Assembly: GCA_046563655.1 (NCBI GenBank)
Contig: JAJCTO010000013.1
Span: 124,001-188,000, forward strand
Origin: Yuukianura sp. NJ FZ-2021
Lineage: Eukaryota
Direction: 5' to 3'
DNA length: 64,000 bases
Position 1 is the first letter of the stretch. Each line of letters begins with the position of its first letter. The notes below the pieces were generated by a model. It did not search any database. It had not been told where the DNA came from and was given only the letters and a program-made list of their open reading frames with translations. This document shows positions 12,601 to 27,600 of this stretch, piece by piece. Both the position numbers and the translations under genes were made by a program.

Positions 12601-15600
12601 CGTTCCGCACTTAGGTTTTTCGAATGTTTTGTTTTGAAACAAATTTTTATAAATAAAATTAACGAGACCAGGGACGACACAGCAATTGAAATTGGGTTCA
12701 TGTAGCCTTTTTTATGAGGATTTCAATACTGTAGTTGACTTTTACCCAGTATTGTTCCGGAGCGCCGCTTTCTTGAATTTGTTGTTTTGAAACATGAATT
12801 TTCATAAATAAAGGTAACAAGATGAGGGACGACACAGCAAGTGAAAGTGGGTTCCTGTAGCACTTTTTATGAGGAATTCAGAAATGTAGTTGACTTTTAC
12901 CCAGCATCGTTCCGGAATGCATTTCTTTTGAATTCTTTGTTTTGAAACATGAATTTTCATAAATAAAGGTAACAAGATGAGGGACGACACAGCAAGTGAA
13001 AGTAGATTCCTGTAGCACTTTTTATGAGGATTTCAAAAATGTAATTTACTTTACGTTCATTCTCACATTTGCATGTTCATTCTTACAAATTTAATTCGTT
13101 TTGCGTCAAAATGGTGCTCGGCATTACCCTGGGTGCGGTATAAAAACCCCAGATAAAATTCGAGGCGGAGCGATTAATCCCGACTTTTAAGTCCGCTCTA
13201 TCCAGCTTTAATGGCGATCTATCCACACCAATTAAACTTGGGGTCCTGCAGTACTTTTCAGGAGGATTTCAGAAAAGTAAGTCATTTTTACCCGGCATCG
13301 TTCCGCACTTAGGTTTTTCGAATGTTTTGTTTTGAAACAAATTTTTATAAATAAAATTAACGAGACCAGGGACGACACAGCAATTGAAATTGGGTTCATG
13401 TAGCCTTTTTTATGAGGATTTCAATACTGTAGTTGACTTTTACCCAGTATTGTTCCGGAGCGCCGCTTTCTTGAATTTGTTGTTTTGAAACATGAATTTT
13501 CATAAATAAAGGTAACAAGATGAGGGACGACACAGCAAGTGAAAGTGGGTTCCTGTAGCACTTTTTATGAGGATTTCAAAGATGTAGTTGACTTTTACCC
13601 AGCATCGTTTCGGAATGCATTTCTTTTGAATTTTTTGTTTTGAAACATGAATTTTCATAAATAAAGGTAACAAGATGAGGGACGACACAGCAAGTGAAAG
13701 TAGATTCCTGTAGCACTTTTTATGAGGATTTCAAAAATGTAATTTACTTTACGTTCATTCTCACATTTGCATGTTCATTCTTACAAATTTAATTCGTTTT
13801 GCGTCAAAATGGTGCTCGGCATTACCCTGGGTGCGGTATAAAAACCCCAGATAAAATTCGAGGCGGAGCGATTAATCCCGACTTTTAAGTCCGCTCTATC
13901 CAGCTTTAATGGCGATCTATCCACACCAATTAAACTTGGGGTCCTGCAGTACTTTTCAGGAGGATTTCAGAAAAGTAAGTCATTTTTACCCGGCATCGTT
14001 CCGCACTTAGGTTTTTCGAATGTTTTGTTTTGAAACAAATTTTTATAAATAAAATTAACGAGACCAGGGACGACACAGCAATTGAAATTGGGTTCATGTA
14101 GCCTTTTTTATGAGGATTTCAATACTGTAGTTGACTTTTACCCAGTATTGTTCCGGAGCGCCACTTTCTTGAATTTGTTGTTTTGAAACATGAATTTTCA
14201 TAAATAAAGGTAACAAGATGAGGGACGACACAGCAAGTGAAAGTGGGTTCCTGTAGCACTTTTTATGAGGAATTCAGAAATGTAGTTGACTTTTACCCAG
14301 CATCGTTCCGGAATGCATTTCTTTTGAATTTTTTGTTTTGAAACATGAATTTTCATAAATAAAGGTAACAAGATGAGGGACGACACAGCAAGTGAAAGTA
14401 GATTCCTGTAGCACTTTTTATGAGGATTTCAAAAATGTAATTTACTTTACGTTCATTCTCACATTTGCATGTTCATTCTTACAAATTTAATTCGTTTTGC
14501 GTCAAAATGGTGCTCGGCATTACCCTGGGTGCGGTATAAAAACCCCAGATAAAATTCGAGGCGGAGCGATTAATCCCGACTTTTAAGTCCGCTCTATCCA
14601 GCTTTAATGGCGATCTATCCACACCAATTAAACTTGGGGTCCTGCAGTACTTTTCAGGAGGATTTCAGAAAAGTAAGTCATTTTTACCCGGCATCGTTCC
14701 GCCCTAAGGTTTTTCGAATGTTTTGTTTTGAAACAAATTTTTATAAATAAAATTAACGAGACCAGGGACGACACAGCAATTGAAATTGGGTTCATGTAGC
14801 CTTTTTTATGAGGATTTCAATACTGTAGTTGACTTTTACCCAGTATTGTTCCGGAGCGCCGCTTTCTTGAATTTGTTGTTTTGAAACATGAATTTTCATA
14901 AATAAAGGTAACAAGATGAGGGACGACACAGCAAGTGAAAGTGGGTTCCAGTAGCACTTTTTATGAGGAATTCAGAAATGTAGTTGACTTTTACCCAGCA
15001 TCGTTCCGGAATGCATTTCTTTTGAATTTTTTGTTTTGAAACATGAATTTTCATAAATAAAGGTAACAAGATGAGGGACGACACAGCAAGTGAAAGTAGA
15101 TTCCTGTAGCACTTTTTATGAGGATTTCAAAAATGTAATTTACTTTACGTTCATTCTCACATTTGCATGTTCATTCTTACAAATTTAATTCGTTTTGCGT
15201 CAAAATGGTGCTCGGCATTACCCTGGGTGCGGTATAAAAACCCCAGATAAAATTCGAGGCGGAGCGATTAATCCCGACTTTTAAGTCCGCTCTATCCAGC
15301 TTTAATGGCGATCTATCCACACCAATTAAACTTGGGGTCCTGCAGTACTTTTCAGGAGGATTTCAGAAAAGTAAGTCATTTTCACCTGGCATCGTTCCGC
15401 ACTGAGGTTTTTCGAATGTTTTGTTTTGAAACAAATTTTCATAAATAAAATTAACAAGATGAGGGACGACACAGCAAGTGAAAGTGGGTTCCAGTAGCAC
15501 TTTTTATGAGGATTTCAAAAATGTAGTTAACTTTTACCCAGCATCGTTCCGGAGTGCATTTCTTTTGAATTGTTTGTTTTGAAACATGAATTTTCATAAA

Positions 15601-18600
15601 TAAAGGTAACAAGATGACGGACGACACAGCAAGTAAAAGTTGGTTGCTCTAATACTTTTCATGAGGATTTCAAAAATGTAATTTACTTTACGTTCATTCT
15701 CACATTTGCATGTTCATTCTTACAAATTTAATTCGTTTTGCGTCAAAATGGTGCTCGGCATTACCCTGGGTGCGGTATAAAAACCCCAGATAAAATTCGA
15801 GGCGGAGCGATTAATCCCGACTTTTAAGTCCGCTCTATCCAGCTTTAATGGCGATCTATCCACACCGATTAAACTTGGGGTCCTGCAGTACTTTTCAGGA
15901 GGATTTCAGAAAAGTAACTCATTTTCACCCGGCATCGTTCCGCACTGAGGTTTTTCGAATGTTTTGTTTTGAAACAAATTTTCATAAATAAAATTAACAA
16001 GATGAGGGACGACACAGCAAGTGAAAGTGGGTTCCAGTAGCACTTTTTATGAGGAATTCAGAAATGTAGTTGACTTTTACCCAGCATCGTTCCGGAATGC
16101 ATTTTTCTTGAAATGTTGTTTTGAAACATGAATTTTCATAAATAAAGGTAACAAGATGAGGGACGACACAGCAAGTGAAAGTAGATTCCTGTAGCACTTT
16201 TTATGAGGATTTCAAAAATGTAATTTACTTTACGTTCATTCTCACATTTGCATGTTCATTCTTACAAATTTAATTCGTTTTGCGTCAAAATGGTGCTCGG
16301 CATTACCCTGGGTGCGGTATAAAAACCCCAGATAAAATTCGAGGCGGAGCGATTAATCCCGACTTTTAAGTCCGCTCTATCCAGCTTTAATGGCGATCTA
16401 TCCACACCAATTAAACTTGGGGTCCTGCAGTACTTTTCAGGAGGATTTCAGAAAAGTAACTCATTTTCACCCGGCATCGTTCCGCGCTGAGGTTTTTCGA
16501 ATGTTTTGTTTTGAAACAAATTTTCATAAATAAAAGTAACGAGACCAGGGACGACACAGCAATTGAGATTGTGTTCATGTAGCCTTTTTTATGAGGATTT
16601 CAATACTGTAGTTGACTTTTACCCAGTATTGTTCCGGAGCGCGACTTTCTTGAATTTGTTGTTTTGAAACATGAATTTTCATAAATAAAGGTAACAAGAT
16701 GAGGGACGACACAGCAAGTGAAAGTGGGTTCCAGTAGCACTTTTTATGAGGAATTCAGAAATGTAGTTGACTTTTACCCAGCATCGTTCCGGAATGCATT
16801 TCTTTTGAATTTTTTGTTTTGAAACATGAATTTTCATAAATAAAGGTAACAAGATGAGGGACGACACAGCAAGTGAAAGTAGATTCCTGTAGCACTTTTT
16901 ATGAGGATTTCAAAAATGTAATTTACTTTACGTTCATTCTCACATTTGCATGTTCATTCTTACAAATTTAATTCGTTTTGCGTCAAAATGGTGCTCGGCA
17001 TTACCCTGGGTGCGGTATAAAAACCCCAGATAAAATTCGAGGCGGAGCGATTAATCCCGACTTTTAAGTCCGCTCTATCCAGCTTTAATGGCGATCTATC
17101 CACACCAATTAAACTTGGGGTCCTGCAGTACTTTTCAGGAGGATTTCAGAAAAGTAACTCATTTTCACCCGGCATCGTTCCGCGCTGAGGTTTTTCGAAT
17201 GTTTTGTTTTGAAACAAATTTTCATAAATAAAAGTAACGAGACCAGGGACGACACAGCAATTGAGATTGTGTTCATGTAGCCTTTTTTATGAGGATTTCA
17301 ATACTGTAGTTGACTTTTACCCATTATTGTTCCGGAGCGCCACTTTCTTGAATTTGTTGTTTTGAAACATGAATTTTCATAAATAAAGGTAACAAGATGA
17401 GGGACGACACAGCAAGTGAAAGTGGGTTCCTGTAGCACTTTTTATGAGGAATTCAGAAATGTAGTTGACTTTTACCCAGCATCGTTCCGGAATGCATTTC
17501 TTTTGAATTTTTTGTTTTGAAACATGAATTTTCATAAATAAAGGTAACAAGATGAGGGACGACACAGCAAGTGAAAGTAGATTCCTGTAGCACTTTTTAT
17601 GAGGATTTCAAAAATGTAATTTACTTTACGTTCATTCTCACATTTGCATGTTCATTCTTACAAATTTAATTCGTTTTGCGTCAAAATGGTGCTCGGCATT
17701 ACCCTGGGTGCGGTATAAAAACCCCAGATAAAATTCGAGGCGGAGCGATTAATCCCGACTTTTAAGTCCGCTCTATCCAGCTTTAATGGCGATCTATCCA
17801 CACCAATTAAACTTGGGGTCCTGCAGTACTTTTCAGGAGGATTTCAGAAAAGTAACTCATTTTCACCCGGCATCGTTCCGCACTTAGGTTTTTCGAATGT
17901 TTTGTTTTGAAACAAATTTTTATAAATAAAATTAACGAGACCAGGGACGACACAGCAATTGAAATTGGGTTCATGTAGCCTTTTTTATGAGGATTTCAAT
18001 ACTGTAGTTGACTTTTACCCAGTATTGTTCCGGAGCGCCGCTTTCTTGAATTTGTTGTTTTGAAACATGAATTTTCATAAATAAAGGTAACAAGATGAGG
18101 GACGACACAGCAAGTGAAAGTGGGTTCCAGTAGCACTTTTTATGAGGAATTCAGAAATGTAGTTGACTTTTACCCAGCATCGTTCCGGAATGCATTTCTT
18201 TTGAATTTTTTGTTTTGAAACATGAATTTTCATAAATAAAGGTAACAAGATGAGGGACGACACAGCAAGTGAAAGTAGATTCCTGTAGCACTTTTTATGA
18301 GGATTTCAAAAATGTAATTTACTTTACGTTCATTCTCACATTTGCATGTTCATTCTTACAAATTTAATTCGTTTTGCGTCAAAATGGTGCTCGGCATTAC
18401 CCTGGGTGCGGTATAAAAACCCCAGATAAAATTCGAGGCGGAGCGATTAATCCCGACTTTTAAGTCCGCTCTATCCAGCTTTAATGGCGATCTATCCACA
18501 CCAATTAAACTTGGGGTCCTGCAGTACTTTTCAGGAGGATTTCAGAAAAGTAACTCATTTTCACCCGGCATCGTTCCGCGCTGAGGTTTTTCGAATGTTT

Positions 18601-21600
18601 TGTTTTGAAACAAATTTTCATAAATAAAAGTAACGAGACCAGGGACGACACAGCAATTGAGATTGTGTTCATGTAGCCTTTTTTATGAGGATTTCAATAC
18701 TGTAGTTGACTTTTACCCATTATTGTTCCGGAGCGCCACTTTCTTGAATTTGTTGTTTTGAAACATGAATTTTCATAAATAAAGGTAACAAGATGAGGGA
18801 CGACACAGCAAGTGAAAGTGGGTTCCTGTAGCACTTTTTATGAGGAATTCAGAAATGTAGTTGACTTTTACCCAGCATCGTTCCGGAATGCATTTCTTTT
18901 GAAATGTTGTTTTGAAACATGAATTTTCATAAATAAAGGTAACAAGATGAGGGACGACACAGCAAGTGAAAGTAGATTCCTGTAGCACTTTTTATGAGGA
19001 TTTCAAAAATGTAATTTACTTTACGTTCATTCTCACATTTGCATGTTCATTCTTACAAATTTAATTCGTTTTGCGTCAAAATGGTGCTCGGCATTACCCT
19101 GGGTGCGGTATAAAAACCCCAGATAAAATTCGAGGCGGAGCGATTAATCCCGACTTTTAAGTCCGCTCTATCCAGCTTTAATGGCGATCTATCCACACCA
19201 ATTAAACTTGGGGTCCTGCAGTACTTTTCAGGAGGATTTCAGAAAAGTAACTCATTTTCACCCGGCATCGTTCCGCACTGAGGTTTTTCGAATGTTTTGT
19301 TTTGAAACAAATTTTCATAAATAAAATTAACGAGACCAGGGACGACACAGCAATTGAAATTGGGTTCATGTAGCCTTTTTTATGAGGATTTCAATACTGT
19401 AGTTGACTTTTACCCAGTATTGTTCCGGAGCGCCGCTTTCTTGAATTTGTTGTTTTGAAACATGAATTTTCATAAATAAAGGTAACAAGATGAGGGACGA
19501 CACAGCAAGTGAAAGTGGGTTCCAGTAGCACTTTTTATGAGGAATTCAGAAATGTAGTTGACTTTTACCCAGCATCGTTTCGGAATGCATTTCTTTTGAA
19601 TTTTTTGTTTTGAAACATGAATTTTCATAAATAAAGGTAACAAGATGAGGGACGACACAGCAAGTGAAAGTAGATTCCTGTAGCACTTTTTATGAGGATT
19701 TCAAAAATGTAATTTACTTTACGTTCATTCTCACATTTGCATGTTCATTCTTACAAATTTAATTCGTTTTGCGTCAAAATGGTGCTCGGCATTACCCTGG
19801 GTGCGGTATAAAAACCCCAGATAAAATTCGAGGCGGAGCGATTAATCCCGACTTTTAAGTCCGCTCTATCCAGCTTTAATGGCGATCTATCCACACCAAT
19901 TAAACTTGGGGTCCTGCAGTACTTTTCAGGAGGATTTCAGAAAAGTAACTCATTTTCACCCGGCATCGTTCCGCGCTGAGGTTTTTCGAATGTTTTGTTT
20001 TGAAACAAATTTTCATAAATAAAAGTAACGAGACCAGGGACGACACAGCAATTGAAATTGGGTTCATGTAGCCTTTTTTATGAGGATTTCAATACTGTAG
20101 TTGACTTTTACCCAGTATTGTTCCGGAGCGCCACTTTCTTGAATTTGTTGTTTTGAAACATGAATTTTCATAAATAAAGGTAACAAGATGAGGGACGACA
20201 CAGCAAGTGAAAGTGGGTTCCTGTAGCACTTTTTATGAGGAATTCAGAAATGTAGTTGACTTTTACCCAGCATCGTTCCGGAATGCATTTCTTTTGAATT
20301 CTTTGTTTTGAAACATGAATTTTCATAAATAAAGGTAACAAGATGAGGGACGACACAGCAAGTGAAAGTAGATTCCTGTAGCACTTTTTATGAGGATTTC
20401 AAAAATGTAATTTACTTTACGTTCATTCTCACATTTGCATGTTCATTCTTACAAATTTAATTCGTTTTGCGTCAAAATGGTGCTCGGCATTACCCTGGGT
20501 GCGGTATAAAAACCCCAGATAAAATTCGAGGCGGAGCGATTAATCCCGACTTTTAAGTCCGCTCTATCCAGCTTTAATGGCGATCTATCCACACCAATTA
20601 AACTTGGGGTCCTGCAGTACTTTTCAGGAGGATTTCAGAAAAGTAACTCATTTTCACCCGGCATCGTTCCGCACTGAGGTTTTTCGAATGTTTTGTTTTG
20701 AAACAAATTTTCATAAATAAAATTAACGAGACCAGGGACAACGCAGCAATTGAAATTGGGTTCATGTAGCCTTTTTTATGAGGATTTCAATACTGTAGTT
20801 GACTTTTACCCAGTATTGTTCCGGAGCGCCGCTTTCTTGAATTTGTTGTTTTGAAACATGAATTTTCATAAATAAAGGTAACAAGATGAGGGACGACACA
20901 GCAAGTGAAAGTGGGTTCCAGTAGCACTTTTTATGAGGAATTCAGAAATGTAGTTGACTTTTACCCAGCATCGTTTCGGAATGCATTTCTTTTGAATTTT
21001 TTGTTTTGAAACATGAATTTTCATAAATAAAGGTAACAAGATGAGGGACGACACAGCAAGTGAAAGTAGATTCCTGTAGCACTTTTTATGAGGATTTCAA
21101 AAATGTAATTTACTTTACGTTCATTCTCACATTTGCATGTTCATTCTTACAAATTTAATTCGTTTTGCGTCAAAATGGTGCTCGGCATTACCCTGGGTGC
21201 GGTATAAAAACCCCAGATAAAATTCGAGGCGGAGCGATTAATCCCGACTTTTAAGTCCGCTCTATCCAGCTTTAATGGCGATCTATCCACACCAATTAAA
21301 CTTGGGGTCCTGCAGTACTTTTCAGGAGGATTTCAGAAAAGTAACTCATTTTCACCCGGCATCGTTCCGCGCTGAGGTTTTTCGAATGTTTTGTTTTGAA
21401 ACAAATTTTCATAAATAAAAGTAACGAGACCAGGGACGACACAGCAATTGAAATTGGGTTCATGTAGCCTTTTTTATGAGGATTTCAATACTGTAGTTGA
21501 CTTTTACCCAGTATTGTTCCGGAGCGCCACTTTCTTGAATTTGTTGTTTTGAAACATGAATTTTCATAAATAAAGGTAACAAGATGAGGGACGACACAGC

Positions 21601-24600
21601 AAGTGAAAGTGGGTTCCTGTAGCCTTTTTTATGAGGATTTCAATACTGTAGTTGACTTTTACCCAGCATCGTTCCGGAATGCATTTCTTTTGAATTGTTT
21701 GTTTTGAAACATGAATTTTCATAAATAAAGGTATCAAGATGAGGGACGACACAGCAAGTCAAAGTAGGTTGCTGTAGCACTGTTTATGAGGATTTCAAAA
21801 ATGTAATTTACTTTACGTTCATTCTCACATTTGCATGTTCATTCTTACAAATTTAATTCGTTTTGCGTCAAAATGGTGCTCGGCATTACCCTGGGTGCGG
21901 TATAAAAACCCCAGATAAAATTCGAGGCGGAGCGATTAATCCCGACTTTTAAGTCCGCTCTATCCAGCTTTAATGGCGATCTATCCACACCAATTAAACT
22001 TGGGGTCCTGCAGTACTTTTCAGGAGGATTTCAGAAAAGTAACTCATTTTCACCCGGCATCGTTCCGCACTGAGGTTTTTCGAATGTTTTGTTTTGAAAC
22101 AAATTTTCATAAATAAAATTAACGAGACCAGGGACAACGCAGCAATTGAAATTGGGTTCATGTAGCCTTTTTTATGAGGATTTCAATACTGTAGTTGACT
22201 TTTACCCAGTATTGTTCCGGAGCGCCGCTTTCTTGAATTTGTTGTTTTGAAACATGAATTTTCATAAATAAAGGTAACAAGATGAGGGACGACACAGCAA
22301 GTGAAAGTGGGTTCCAGTAGCACTTTTTATGAGGAATTCAGAAATGTAGTTGACTTTTACCCAGCATCGTTTCGGAATGCATTTCTTTTGAATTTTTTGT
22401 TTTGAAACATGAATTTTCATAAATAAAGGTAACAAGATGAGGGACGACACAGCAAGTGAAAGTAGATTCCTGTAGCACTTTTTATGAGGATTTCAAAAAT
22501 GTAATTTACTTTACGTTCATTCTCACATTTGCATGTTCATTCTTACAAATTTAATTCGTTTTGCGTCAAAATGGTGCTCGGCATTACCCTGGGTGCGGTA
22601 TAAAAACCCCAGATAAAATTCGAGGCGGAGCGATTAATCCCGACTTTTAAGTCCGCTCTATCCAGCTTTAATGGCGATCTATCCACACCAATTAAACTTG
22701 GGGTCCTGCAGTACTTTTCAGGAGGATTTCAGAAAAGTAACTCATTTTCACCCGGCATCGTTCCGCGCTGAGGTTTTTCGAATGTTTTGTTTTGAAACAA
22801 ATTTTCATAAATAAAAGTAACGAGACCAGGGACGACACAGCAATTGAAATTGGGTTCATGTAGCCTTTTTTATGAGGATTTCAATACTGTAGTTGACTTT
22901 TACCCAGTATTGTTCCGGAGCGCCACTTTCTTGAATTTGTTGTTTTGAAACATGAATTTTCATAAATAAAGGTAACAAGATGAGGGACGACACAGCAAGT
23001 GAAAGTGGGTTCCTGTAGCCTTTTTTATGAGGATTTCAATACTGTAGTTGACTTTTGCATAGCATTGTTCCGGAGTGCATTTCTTTTGAATTGTTTGTTT
23101 TGAAACATGAATTTTTATAAATAAAGGTATCAAGATGAGGGACGACACAGCAAGTCAAAGTAGGTTGCTGTAGCATTTTTCATGAGGATTTCAAAAATGT
23201 AATTTACTTTACGTTCATTCTCACATTTGCATGTTCATTCTTACAAATTTAATTCGTTTTGCGTCAAAATGGTGCTCGGCATTACCCTGGGTGCGGTATA
23301 AAAACCCCAGATAAAATTCGAGGCGGAGCGATTAATCCCGACTTTTAAGTCCGCTCTATCCAGCTTTAATGGCGATCTATCCACACCGATTAAACTTGGG
23401 GTCCTGCAGTACTTTTCAGGAGGATTTCAGAAAAGTAACTCATTTTCACCCGGCATCGTTCCGCACTGAGGTTTTTCGAATGTTTTGTTTTGAAACAAAT
23501 TTTCATAAATAAAATTAACGAGACCAGGGACAACGCAGCAATTGAAATTGGGTTCATGTAGCCTTTTTTATGAGGATTTCAATACTGTAGTTGACTTTTA
23601 CCCAGTATTGTTCCGGAGCGCCGCTTTCTTGAATTTGTTGTTTTGAAACATGAATTTTCATAAATAAAGGTAACAAGATGAGGGACGACACAGCAAGTGA
23701 AAGTGGGTTCCAGTAGCACTTTTTATGAGGAATTCAGAAATGTAGTTGACTTTTACCCAGCATCGTTTCGGAATGCATTTCTTTTGAATTTTTTGTTTTG
23801 AAACATGAATTTTCATAAATAAAGGTAACAAGATGAGGGACGACACAGCAAGTCAAAGTAGGTTGCTGTAGCACTTTTCATGAGGATTTCAACAATGTAA
23901 TTCACTTTCTGTTCATTCTCACATTTGCATGTTCATTCTCACAAATTTAAGTCGTTTTGCGTAAAAATGGTGCTCGGCATTGCACTGGGTGCCGTATACC
24001 AACCCAAGATAAAATCCGAGGCAGAGCGGTTCATACAGACTTTTTAGTCCGCTCCATCCAGATTTAATGGCGATCTATCCACGCCAATTAGACTTGGGTT
24101 CCTGTAGTACTTTTCAGGAGGATTTCAGAAAACTCATTTTCACTCGGAATCGCTCCGCGTGGAGGTTTTTCGAATGATTTGTTTTGAAACAAATTTTCAT
24201 AAAGAAAAGTAACAAGATGAGGGACAACACAGCAAGTGAAAGTGGGGTCCTGTAGACCTTTTTATGAGGATTTCAAAAATGTAGTTGACTTTTGCATAGC
24301 ATTGTTCCGGAGTGCATTTCTTTTGAATTGTTTGTTTTGAAACATGAATTTTCATAAATAAAGGTAACAAGATGATGGACGACACAGCAAGTAAAAGTTG
24401 GTTGCTCTAATACTTTTCATGAGGATTTCAAAAATGTAATTTACTTTACGTTCATTCTCACATTTGCATGTTCATTCTTACAAATTTAATTCGTTTTGCG
24501 TCAAAATGGTGCTCGGCATTACCCTGGGTGCGGTATAAAAACCCCAGATAAAATTCGAGGCGGAGCGATTAATCCCGACTTTTAAGTCCGCTCTATCCAG

Positions 24601-27600
24601 CTTTAATGGCGATCTATCCACACCGATTAAACTTGGGGTCCTGCAGTACTTTTCAGGAGGATTTCAGAAAAGTAACTCATTTTCACCCGGCATCGTTCCG
24701 CACTGAGGTTTTTCGAATGTTTTGTTTTGAAACAAATTTTCATAAATAAAATTAACGAGACCAGGGACAACGCAGCAATTGAAATTGGGTTCATGTAGCC
24801 TTTTTTATGAGGATTTCAATACTGTAGTTGACTTTTACCCAGTATTGTTCCGGAGCGCCGCTTTCTTGAATTTGTTGTTTTGAAACATGAATTTTCATAA
24901 ATAAAGGTAACAAGATGAGGGACGACACAGCAAGTGAAAGTGGGTTCCAGTAGCACTTTTTATGAGGAATTCAGAAATGTAGTTGACTTTTACCCAGCAT
25001 CGTTTCGGAATGCATTTCTTTTGAATTTTTTTGTTTTGAAACATGAATTTTTATAAATAAAGGTATCAAGATGAGGGACGACACAGCAAGTCAAAGTAGG
25101 TTGCTGTAGCACTTTTCATGAGGATTTCAAAAATGTAATTTACTTTACGTTCATTCTCACATTTGCATGTTCATTCTTACAAATTTAATTCGTTTTGCGT
25201 CAAAATGGTGCTCGGCATTACCCTGGGTGCGGTATAAAAACCCCAGATAAAATTCGAGGCGGAGCGATTAATCCCGACTTTTAAGTCCGCTCTATCCAGC
25301 TTTAATGGCGATCTATCCACACCAATTAAACTTGGGGTCCTGCAGTACTTTTCAGGAGGATTTCAGAAAAGTAACTCATTTTCACCCGGCATCGTTCCGC
25401 ACTGAGGTTTTTCGAATGTTTTGTTTTGAAACAAATTTTCATAAATAAAATTAACGAGACCAGGGACAACGCAGCAATTGAAATTGGGTTCATGTAGCCT
25501 TTTTTATGAGGATTTCAATACTGTAGTTGACTTTTACCCATTATTGTTCCGGAGCGCCACTTTCTTGAATTTGTTGTTTTGAAACATGAATTTTCATAAA
25601 TAAAGGTAACAAGATGAGGGACGACACAGCAAGTGAAAGTGGGTTCCAGTAGCACTTTTTATGAGGAATTCAGAAATGTAGTTGACTTTTACCCAGCATC
25701 GTTCCGGAATGCATTTCTTTTGAATTTTTTGTTTTGAAACATGAATTTTCATAAATAAAGGTAACAAGATGAGGGACGACACAGCAAGTGAAAGTAGATT
25801 CCTGTAGCACTTTTTATGAGGATTTCAAAAATGTAATTTACTTTACGTTCATTCTCACATTTGCATGTTCATTCTTACAAATTTAATTCGTTTTGCGTCA
25901 AAATGGTGCTCGGCATTACCCTGGGTGCGGTATAAAAACCCCAGATAAAATTCGAGGCGGAGCGATTAATCCCGACTTTTAAGTCCGCTCTATCCAGCTT
26001 TAATGGCGATCTATCCACACCGATTAAACTTGGGGTCCTGCAGTACTTTTCAGGAGGATTTCAGAAAAGTAACTCATTTTCACCCGGCATCGTTCCGCAC
26101 TGAGGTTTTTCGAATGTTTTGTTTTGAAACAAATTTTCATAAATAAAATTAACGAGACCAGGGACAACGCAGCAATTGAAATTGGGTTCATGTAGCCTTT
26201 TTTATGAGGATTTCAATACTGTAGTTGACTTTTACCCATTATTGTTCCGGAGCGCCACTTTCTTGAATTTGTTGTTTTGAAACATGAATTTTCATAAATA
26301 AAGGTAACAAGATGAGGGACGACACAGCAAGTGAAAGTGGGTTCCAGTAGCACTTTTTATGAGGAATTCAGAAATGTAGTTGACTTTTACCCAGCATCGT
26401 TCCGGAATGCATTTCTTTTGAATTTTTTGTTTTGAAACATGAATTTTCATAAATAAAGGTAACAAGATGAGGGACGACACAGCAAGTGAAAGTGGGTTCC
26501 TGTAGCACTTTTTATGAGGATTTCAAAAATGTAATTTACTTTACGTTCATTCTCACATTTGCATGTTCATTCTTACAAATTTAATTCGTTTTGCGTCAAA
26601 ATGGTGCTCGGCATTACCCTGGGTGCGGTATAAAAACCCCAGATAAAATTCGAGGCGGAGCGATTAATCCCGACTTTTAAGTCCGCTCTATCCAGCTTTA
26701 ATGGCGATCTATCCACACCAATTAAACTTGGGGTCCTGCAGTACTTTTCAGGAGGATTTCAGAAAAGTAACTCATTTTCACCCGGCATCGTTCCGCACTG
26801 AGGTTTTTCGAATGTTTTGTTTTGAAACAAATTTTCATAAATAAAATTAACGAGACCAGGGACAACGCAGCAATTGAAATTGGGTTCATGTAGCCTTTTT
26901 TATGAGGATTTCAATACTGTAGTTGACTTTTACCCAGTATTGTTCCGGAGCGCCGCTTTCTTGAATTTGTTGTTTTGAAACATGAATTTTCATAAATAAA
27001 GGTAACAAGATGAGGGACGACACAGCAAGTGAAAGTGGGTTCCAGTAGCACTTTTTATGAGGAATTCAGAAATGTAGTTGACTTTTACCCAGCATCGTTT
27101 CGGAATGCATTTCTTTTGAATTTTTTTGTTTTGAAACATGAATTTTCATAAATAAAGGTATCAAGATGAGGGACGACACAGCAAGTCAAAGTAGGTTGCT
27201 GTAGCACTTTTCATGAGGATTTCAACAATGTAATTCACTTTCTGTTCATTCTCACATTTGCATGTTCATTCTCACAAATTTAAGTCGTTTTGCGTAAAAA
27301 TGGTGCTCGGCATTGCACTGGGTGCCGTATACCAACCCAAGATAAAATCCGAGGCAGAGCGGTTCATACAGACTTTTTAGTCCGCTCCATCCAGATTTAA
27401 TGGCGATCTATCCACGCCAATTAGACTTGGGTTCCTGTAGTACTTTTCAGGAGGATTTCAGAAAAAAACTCATTTTCACTCGGAATCGCTCCGCGTGGAG
27501 GTTTTTCGAATGATTTGTTTTGAAACAAATTTTCATAAAGAAAAGTAACAAGATGAGGGACAACACAGCAAGTGAAAGTGGGGTCCTGTAGACCTTTTTA